The translations under genes and the position numbers were made by a program. From IMG/VR virus record IMGVR_UViG_3300030099_006944, positions 32,001 to 96,000 of that record: a DNA stretch of 64,000 bases; one strand, 5' to 3'. The stretch comes from a virus. Below the pieces are notes generated by a model, which saw nothing but the letters and a program-made list of their open reading frames with translations, was not told where the DNA came from and searched no databases. This document shows positions 59,101-64,000 of the stretch, in pieces (the first letter of the stretch is position 1; each line of letters begins with the position of its first letter).

Positions 59101-59285
59101 TACTTGACGAACCAGCAACTGCATTGGATCAAGATCACATGGAGGGGTTTATACGACTTCTGCAAATGATTAAAGGTCAATTTAGAACGGTTCTTCTTAT
59201 TTCCCATCTAGAATCTCTCAAAGACATTGTTGATATGACAATCGATATTCAAAAAATAGATGGCTTTGCAAAGGTAAAAGTATAA
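56136..59285 (+). CDS. Fused Mre11/SbcD nuclease - Rad50/SbcC ATPase (gp47-gp46 fusion)
   Basis: Phosphoesterase motifs HISDTH, HTGDIAH, LGNHD, ALYHG, LGDIH; then Walker A GKNYSGKS, coiled coils with central CKYC zinc hook, signature LSMGSGAEK, Walker B FILDEP, H-loop ISH, all in one frame. Confidence 0.92.
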   Translation: MTTFAHISDTHIRNVKYHEEYRKVFKDIYESLENDKPDYIIHTGDIAHTKTQLSPEYFELCADFLKNLADIAPTYIILGNHDGNLKNDNRQDAITPVIEALQHPNLFLLKNSGETQLTDSICLNVLSVFDRDNWVTPTDKSMVNIALYHGAIMGCEINEEWNLENGEDDINIFTNFDYAMLGDIHKTQKLDPDGRVWYAGSTVQQNFGESLMKGYLLWDIRDQETFSVEKRLFMSPRPFYTVEINQDGTLPKVNVPKNARLRLVSNYNLPLVKLRMACDYANAKWNPYTINFVNRAGYTESSVVQNDGKNINMRDQNVQEKYIKAFLSDKEITKDVLDRVLELNREYSKQIKGSEDVSRNIVWKLRKMKWNNLFNYGEKNEIDFDKLNGLVGIFGKNYSGKSSIIDAALFGLFNTTSKGERKNVHIVNQNRDKAKCQLEIGVGDDTYKITRNLETYQKKLRGKETKEVKTELDFTKWALGQHAESKNGTTRNETDEIIRKTFGNYNDFMITSMASQMDAFGFINEGSTKRKEILAKFLDLKMFEEKHKLAKKDSAEKKGVIKHLNSTDWRKKLKWNQEALSEILEDIADQADLCDKHTKRINVLREEQRVIKDQITTVGTDSIDIKQLEKDLKKKQKQLATASQVIEKGLDRLSAQESLQKQLRSFIEDFDITTCEDQIEKHKGLLKDISIIERNIRSTKMEIDNYQNKIDLLHDHEYDPNCKYCRDNQFVKEAEQARTLIEESRKTLCAFESDLTEANKKKQAINITYLKAELEDYNLKFREVKTNEVKIKSIKSEVSASKSKKALTEKEIEEIKTKISHYYENQEAYDNLESLQRDLKAIKLTISMKMNDLERCNKKVLKLMSEEGTTRRLIEEAKEHIQQIVDAENEFIAYDLYIQAMHANGVSYQVIKSMLPIINKEISSVLNTIVDFEVFFDNIDNKLEIYIKHPKYDPRPLSMGSGAEKTIASMAIRLALISITNLPKSELFILDEPATALDQDHMEGFIRLLQMIKGQFRTVLLISHLESLKDIVDMTIDIQKIDGFAKVKV

Positions 59286-59551
59286 TGAAAATGACGAAAC
59301 AACAACTAAAACAAATTATAAAAGAAGAGCTCACTGGGGTTCTGAAAGAAATGGGTCCAGAGATTCCTGATGCGGAGCTACCGCAAGGGGACGATCTAGA
59401 TCAGGCACTTAATATTCCGGAAGAAGTACCACCAGAAGTTGCGGAAATGGGAGAGTGGTACGCTGCTAATCCCAATGCTTCTCCGGAGGAAGTTCATATG
59501 GCATGGTCAGAAATTTCTGCAAAATATATGCCGGGAGCCATGGAAGAATGA
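59285..59551 (+). CDS. Small acidic protein with shared N-terminal leader
   Basis: MKMTKQQLKQIIKEEL; TAATG coupling. Confidence 0.75.
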   Translation: MKMTKQQLKQIIKEELTGVLKEMGPEIPDAELPQGDDLDQALNIPEEVPPEVAEMGEWYAANPNASPEEVHMAWSEISAKYMPGAMEE

Positions 59552-59787
59552 AAGAAGAAAACAAAGTTATGATTCAAAATGAACTATACCTTAAAAATGA
59601 AAATAAAGGTATCTTAGATGCTGTTCAAGAAAAACTCGCGAGTAGAAAATTACTAGTTTTTCTGACGGCAACTGCTCTTATGGTTTGGGCAAATCTAGAC
59701 CCAGATATTTGGGGTATGATTGCTATGTGTTATATTGGTGGCCAATCGGCTATCGATTTCGCAAAATCTTGGAAACACGGAGGATAA
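59548..59787 (+). CDS. Small membrane protein, holin-like
   Basis: KLASRKLLVFLTATALMVWA and IWGMIAMCYIGGQSAIDF hydrophobic segments, basic C-terminus; ATGA overlap start at 59548. Confidence 0.55.
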   Translation: MKEENKVMIQNELYLKNENKGILDAVQEKLASRKLLVFLTATALMVWANLDPDIWGMIAMCYIGGQSAIDFAKSWKHGG

Positions 59788-59894
59788 TGAAAATGAAAGC
59801 GTTTTTACACAGACTAGCAAATTTGTTCAACAGTGCTCACTGTTGTTGCTGTTGTGGATGTTGTGCTTGTGTTAGTTGTAAAGGAACTTGTTAA
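59787..59894 (+). CDS. 35-aa Cys-rich peptide (10 Cys)
   Basis: MKMKAFLHRLANLFNSAHCCCCCGCCACVSCKGTC; GGAGG RBS at 59779-59783; TAATG overlap at both ends. Confidence 0.7.
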   Translation: MKMKAFLHRLANLFNSAHCCCCCGCCACVSCKGTC

Positions 59895-60247
59895 TGAAAC
59901 TTACCAAAAACCAACTAACACAAATTATAAAAGAAGAACTCAATACCGTCATGGAATCCTATGGTGATAATTATAAAGATTATATGCTTCGACCAGAAGA
60001 CCCAGAAGTCATGGCCGATATTGAACGTAGAAACAATATGGACCTAGAAGAAAAGGTCAAAGAATGGTACGGTAATGAAATAACTGATCTTTCCCAGATC
60101 ATTTGGATGGAAGGACTCGAAGAAAATCAGATGGAACAAGGTTTTGCCATATTAGGTGAAGACCCGAGATACGTATTGGAATCTATCGAACCAGAGGAGC
60201 TTCCAATAATTTGGAAATTGGCTCTAGAAGAAGCGGAAGATATGTAG
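59894..60247 (+). CDS. Small acidic protein with shared N-terminal leader
   Basis: MKLTKNQLTQIIKEEL; TAATG coupling. Confidence 0.75.
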   Translation: MKLTKNQLTQIIKEELNTVMESYGDNYKDYMLRPEDPEVMADIERRNNMDLEEKVKEWYGNEITDLSQIIWMEGLEENQMEQGFAILGEDPRYVLESIEPEELPIIWKLALEEAEDM

Positions 60248-60249
60248 TT

Positions 60250-60297
60250 ATGAAACTCTCTAAACAACATCTTAAAAGCGCGTACGGAGCAGAATAG
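60250..60297 (+). pseudogene. 15-codon mini-ORF: truncated leader remnant
   Basis: ATG AAA CTC TCT AAA CAA CAT CTT AAA AGC GCG TAC GGA GCA GAA TAG = MKLSKQHLKSAYGAE; the stop overlaps the GTG of the next gene. Confidence 0.5.
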
Positions 60298-60695
60298 TGA
60301 AGATTGCTTGGGCTAAAATAAAACTATGGTGCTTTCATAATTGGAGAATTCTGGTTATTGTCGGCGCTATTGTTTTAGCCTATCTCTTGGGAGGTAAAAA
60401 AGTCAAAGCGCTTCAAACTCAATTACAGATGGCCAAGGAGCTTTATAAAAAAGAACTTGATGCTGTTGAGTCGGCCTCCGATAAAAAAACAGAATTGCAA
60501 ACCGAAGCCAACATTAAATATAAGCGCGCTTTAGAGATTGCACACAAAACAGCAATGGAGTCAGATGACCATATAGAACTAATCAAAGCAGAGAGAGTTC
60601 GAAGACTTGTTGAGGATAACAAAGACGATCCAGATAAGATCGATCGTATTTTAGCTGAGGAGTTTGGTATCCTTGTATTTCCGAAGGATAAATAA
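60297..60695 (+). CDS. Membrane-anchored coiled-coil protein (i-spanin-like topology)
   Basis: N-terminal TM WRILVIVGAIVLAYLLGG followed by a charged coiled coil. Confidence 0.55.
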   Translation: MKIAWAKIKLWCFHNWRILVIVGAIVLAYLLGGKKVKALQTQLQMAKELYKKELDAVESASDKKTELQTEANIKYKRALEIAHKTAMESDDHIELIKAERVRRLVEDNKDDPDKIDRILAEEFGILVFPKDK

Positions 60696-61045
60696 TGAAA
60701 CTTTGGACACCATGGTTTTTTGAAAACAGCAAGATTCCCGTTTGGTTATCTTATGTGTCTCCAATTAATATTGGCGCGATTACTCTTGGGCCGATCGTGA
60801 TTAGTAAAGGAGAAATGTCAGACAAAACCAAGAGACATGAGACGATACATTATCAACAATATATTGACGTGTTGTTTGTTGGGTTTTGGCCTCTTTATTT
60901 GTTTTACTGGATGGTTAATCTTCTCAGAGGTATGAATGGCAGTACAGCGTATAGAAAAATACCATTTGAAGTAGAAGCCTACAATAATGATCATGATGAG
61001 TCCTACTTGCAGAACAGAAAAAGATATGCTTGGTGGGGGCTCTAA
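60695..61045 (+). CDS. HExxH-motif hypothetical protein with hydrophobic segment
   Basis: RHETIHYQQY and YRKIPFEVEAY motifs; internal hydrophobic stretch. Confidence 0.6.
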   Translation: MKLWTPWFFENSKIPVWLSYVSPINIGAITLGPIVISKGEMSDKTKRHETIHYQQYIDVLFVGFWPLYLFYWMVNLLRGMNGSTAYRKIPFEVEAYNNDHDESYLQNRKRYAWWGL

Positions 61046-61452
61046 TGTTACTATTTTTGCTTTCCGCGGCTCTTGCTGAGCCTTTGATGGTTCACCTAGA
61101 AGAAGGCGACGCGGCACCCTTTCACGGTCGTCTAATGAATGATGAAGCGGTAGCCAACATCATTGCTGGGCGAGAGATGTCCGTTGAGCAGTGTGAGATC
61201 CAAAAACAACTCGCGATTTCATTAACAAAAGCGGAATTACAACTGGAAATAGACTATTTAAAAGCAGAGTTGGAAACCGAAACAGAAAAAAATACAACTC
61301 TATTGGCTCTTCGAGATACGGAGATCGAGACTCTTCGAAAACAGATGAAGCCAAATAAAACCATGTGGGCTTTCTTCGGAGGCTTTTTGCTTGCGACAGG
61401 GACATCGTTGGGGACATATTACGCCGTGAGGGAAATCGATGCGAATAACTAA
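61045..61452 (+). CDS. Exported coiled-coil protein with C-terminal TM (possible lysis/spanin partner)
   Basis: Short signal peptide MLLFLLSAALA, APFHGRLM, coiled coil, C-terminal WAFFGGFLLATGTSLGTYY. Confidence 0.55.
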   Translation: MLLFLLSAALAEPLMVHLEEGDAAPFHGRLMNDEAVANIIAGREMSVEQCEIQKQLAISLTKAELQLEIDYLKAELETETEKNTTLLALRDTEIETLRKQMKPNKTMWAFFGGFLLATGTSLGTYYAVREIDANN

Positions 61453-61774
61453 AGAACAATTAAAACAAATGATCTTGGAAGAACTAAGGGAAATAAGGAT
61501 TGACACCGCAGCAGGGTATCATAGTAACCAAGGAACAACAATGTCTGCCGCTGATGAAGAACCACCAGAATTAATAGCTTGGCTAAGGTCACAACCGATT
61601 GACTTAGAACTAGACCGAGATAGTAATGGCAACTGGGTTGTTTATTATGATGCGTTTGACAATGTAAATTTGGATAACTTGCCACCCGGTTGGAGTTCGG
61701 AAGTTCTGGCTCTCGGTGGATCTGATGAAGACAGTAGTTATGTTATATCGCGCGATGATGTGGAGGTTCGATGA
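61439..61774 (+). CDS. Small acidic protein with shared N-terminal leader
   Basis: MRITKEQLKQMILEEL. Confidence 0.75.
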   Translation: MRITKEQLKQMILEELREIRIDTAAGYHSNQGTTMSAADEEPPELIAWLRSQPIDLELDRDSNGNWVVYYDAFDNVNLDNLPPGWSSEVLALGGSDEDSSYVISRDDVEVR

Positions 61775-62148
61775 AAAAAGAGGATCCAAACTACGCCATA
61801 AAAGTAGAGCAGGCAATTGCAAAAAAATACGGTAAAGAAACCGTTGTGAATCCCAAATCTCAATGGGATGATGAAAAAGAAAAAAAATACCTTGACGAAC
61901 TCAAAGAAGTGTATTATAATGATATAAAGGAAGAAGACCATGACAAAGAAGAGGTTGATGGTGTTTTTATCCCCAAGAAACTACTTAAAGAAGAGTCTGT
62001 TCGTTCTTGTTCGACATGTAAAACATATTCGTTCAAATCCAAAGACGATGTCTATATGACAAAATTTGGCTGCTGTTGGAATTGTTACATACAACACATC
62101 GAGGGCAGAGAGGACAGATGGAAAAAAGGTTGGAGACCAAATAAATGA
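61771..62148 (+). CDS. Hypothetical protein with zinc-finger-like CxxC...CCxxC
   Basis: CSTC and CCWNC motifs; ATGA overlaps at both ends. Confidence 0.7.
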   Translation: MKKEDPNYAIKVEQAIAKKYGKETVVNPKSQWDDEKEKKYLDELKEVYYNDIKEEDHDKEEVDGVFIPKKLLKEESVRSCSTCKTYSFKSKDDVYMTKFGCCWNCYIQHIEGREDRWKKGWRPNK

Positions 62149-62699
62149 GTTCAAATACGTTGGAAATTATTCAAGGGCTAGCACAAGCAGCCGCAAACGC
62201 TTATGATGGAGCGCACGACGAACGCTTTGCTTTGGACGGTCAAATTAGAAAAGTTGGCCTGAATCGTGAAGAAGGTTGTCCCATCATGGATCAGAGAGTA
62301 ACAGATGGTTTTTCAGTTAAGTTCTATGGGGATTCCATATGCATTAATTATCAAAGCGACACGCGCCTTAAAGATGTCCATGATCCCAAATACGAACAAG
62401 ATATTGAAAGAATGCTCAACGAAGTAAAAAAGTTTCTACAAAGAGAGTATAAAGCCGTAACCGGAAAAGGAATCACCCTTAAGAAGAAAGGTGAACCTCG
62501 CGTACTAGTACAAAGCACTTCTAGGGTTCGCACATTTGTACAGGCGTACCAGCACTACACCATCTCTGGCCTAGACAAGGTTACGAATTCTGATCCAATG
62601 GTCGACAAAAATAGAGAAATTACTCGAAAATTTCTAGAACAACATTCAACTAAGCGTCCCAAAAATGACACGCGCAAAAAAGGAAACAATGGAAAATGA
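62145..62699 (+). CDS. Hypothetical protein (head/packaging region)
   Basis: 184-aa ORF coupled on both sides; no recognised motif. Confidence 0.7.
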   Translation: MSSNTLEIIQGLAQAAANAYDGAHDERFALDGQIRKVGLNREEGCPIMDQRVTDGFSVKFYGDSICINYQSDTRLKDVHDPKYEQDIERMLNEVKKFLQREYKAVTGKGITLKKKGEPRVLVQSTSRVRTFVQAYQHYTISGLDKVTNSDPMVDKNREITRKFLEQHSTKRPKNDTRKKGNNGK

Positions 62700-63391
62700 A
62701 GATAACAGAAGAACAACTCAAAGTAATAATTCTAGAAGAATTAGAAAAACTTCATAATGAAGGCTTTTTGGACGATATAGCCCGTAGTGCAAAAAAAGGT
62801 ATGTACAATTTAGGAAGACCACGCAGCGCACCTTCATATGATGAATTGTATACAGAGCTTATAGGCACCCAAGCTGGTTTGCAAGATTTAATGCACACCA
62901 AGCCACAAGAACTAACAAAGTGGACTATGGGGTTTTTCTCAAAACGAGGATGGCCAGAGGGTACAAAAATCAATGAAATGGTTATGCAAATTGATGATCT
63001 AGTTGACCAAACACGCCATGGATCAGATGAAGATGGCGTAGGTATGATGCAAGTCGACAATTTTGAAGAGTTACAACGTTATCTCAAATATTATAGAGAG
63101 AACATCAGAGAAGAAATAAAATCACTAAAAGGCAAATTCCAATCTAACCCAGAACAAGCAAACTCGCAATTGCCCATTCTCGCCCAGCAGTTGTCAGAAG
63201 TTTTATATATTATTTCCGGTCCTAGTCAAGATACTGGTGAGGGGCCAAGTCGATCAGATATTTCCAAAAAGCATTATGCTCCACATATAGAAAGAGCACT
63301 GCGTTCTGTGCAGGAGCACATTACTCAACGTGAAAAATCATACATGTCAGAGTCTAAGCGCTCACAAAGAAAACGCAAAACCAGAGGATAG
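62696..63391 (+). CDS. Hypothetical protein with shared N-terminal leader
   Basis: MKITEEQLKVIILEEL; basic C-terminus. Confidence 0.72.
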   Translation: MKITEEQLKVIILEELEKLHNEGFLDDIARSAKKGMYNLGRPRSAPSYDELYTELIGTQAGLQDLMHTKPQELTKWTMGFFSKRGWPEGTKINEMVMQIDDLVDQTRHGSDEDGVGMMQVDNFEELQRYLKYYRENIREEIKSLKGKFQSNPEQANSQLPILAQQLSEVLYIISGPSQDTGEGPSRSDISKKHYAPHIERALRSVQEHITQREKSYMSESKRSQRKRKTRG

Positions 63392-64000
63392 ATGGGATTT
63401 AAACTCTCAAAACAAGAAATTGTTAAGGAGATTGTGAAGTGCGGGAAGGATCCACAATTCTTCATCGATAATTATTGTCGTATTTCACATCCACTCAAAG
63501 GACTCATTCCTTTCAAAACCTTCGACTATCAGAAAGATCTCCTCAAAGATTTCAATGATTATCGATTCAATATTATATTAAAAGCCAGACAACTTGGTAT
63601 CTCCACAATCTCAGCGGGATACATTGTCTGGTTTATGCTTTTTCACCGAGACAAAAACATTCTTGTTATCGCAACCAAATTTGGCACGGCAGCAAACTTG
63701 GTGAAGAAGGTAAAACAAATAATGAAGCACCTCCCCGAATGGATCAAAATAGCCAAGATCGTCACGGACAACAAAACTTCATTCGAATTATCAAACGGCT
63801 CACAGATTAAAGCCGGAACCACTTCTGGCGATGCGGGTCGTTCGGAGGCATTATCACTGCTCGTTATAGACGAGGCAGCACACGTAGAAGGCCTTGACGA
63901 GTTGTGGACGGGTCTTTACCCTACTTTGTCAACAGGAGGGCGCTGCATAGCTTTATCGACCCCTAATGGGGTAGGAAATTGGTTCCACAAGACATACGTT
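63392..64000 (+). CDS. terL: Terminase large subunit, T4 gp17-like (5' part; runs off the window)
   Basis: Translated by hand from the ATG at 63392: MGFKLSKQEIVKEIVKCGKDPQFFIDNYCRI...FKTFDYQ..., Walker A ILKARQLGIST, Walker B LLVIDEAAH, coupling motif STPNG. No stop before the window end, hence absent from the ORF track. Confidence 0.95.
   Translation, partial: MGFKLSKQEIVKEIVKCGKDPQFFIDNYCRISHPLKGLIPFKTFDYQKDLLKDFNDYRFNIILKARQLGISTISAGYIVWFMLFHRDKNILVIATKFGTAANLVKKVKQIMKHLPEWIKIAKIVTDNKTSFELSNGSQIKAGTTSGDAGRSEALSLLVIDEAAHVEGLDELWTGLYPTLSTGGRCIALSTPNGVGNWFHKTYV

Noticed and set aside
63392-63440. Terminase N-terminus (MGFKLSKQEIVKEI) as another member of the leader family
   Set aside because: The resemblance is partial (no LKxII.EE) and this helix is a normal part of gp17-like terminases.
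1-64000. tRNA, ncRNA, CRISPR array or DGR
   Set aside because: The largest intergenic gaps are ~55-70 nt and are occupied by promoters; no spaced direct repeats, cloverleaf or reverse transcriptase were seen.
1-64000. Stop-codon reassignment
   Set aside because: Very long ORFs are intact in code 11, and TAA, TAG and TGA all terminate genes at coupled junctions.

Overview
A gene-dense, entirely plus-strand 64 kb segment of a large tailed dsDNA phage with a contractile-tail (myovirus-type) baseplate, read in standard code 11 with many overlapping stop/start junctions. From left to right: (i) an accessory block (fatty-acid-hydroxylase-like fragment, HExxH zincin, Cas4/AddB-like Fe-S PD-(D/E)XK nuclease); (ii) an ~11 kb, 11-gene sugar-nucleotide/glycosylation island behind a sigma70-type promoter (three glycosyltransferase genes, two NodZ/fucosyltransferase-like paralogs, split transketolase, UXS-like SDR, SAM methyltransferase, cupin, gmd); (iii) small ORFs and a gp55-like late sigma factor; (iv) a ~37 kb baseplate/tail module (M15 peptidase-bearing hub, spike-like protein, 2595-aa giant, gp25, gp6, LamG-containing 2516-aa protein and further large structural proteins); (v) RuvC-like resolvase, HIGH-motif nucleotidyltransferase, primase, stand-alone Smr domain and a single-chain Mre11-Rad50 (SbcD-SbcC) fusion; (vi) small ORFs sharing an N-terminal MK(L/I)Txx(Q/K)LKxII(K/L)E(E/V) leader, interleaved with membrane/lysis-like genes and a 35-aa 10-Cys peptide; (vii) the 5' part of a T4 gp17-like terminase, which is missing from the ORF track. 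No tRNA, CRISPR array, integrase or transposase was seen. Best leads: the Gmd-without-Fcl plus transketolase sugar pathway and its target, the shared-leader protein family, the Cys-rich peptide, and an apparent CCGG over-representation. All family assignments come from motif recognition by eye, not database searches.
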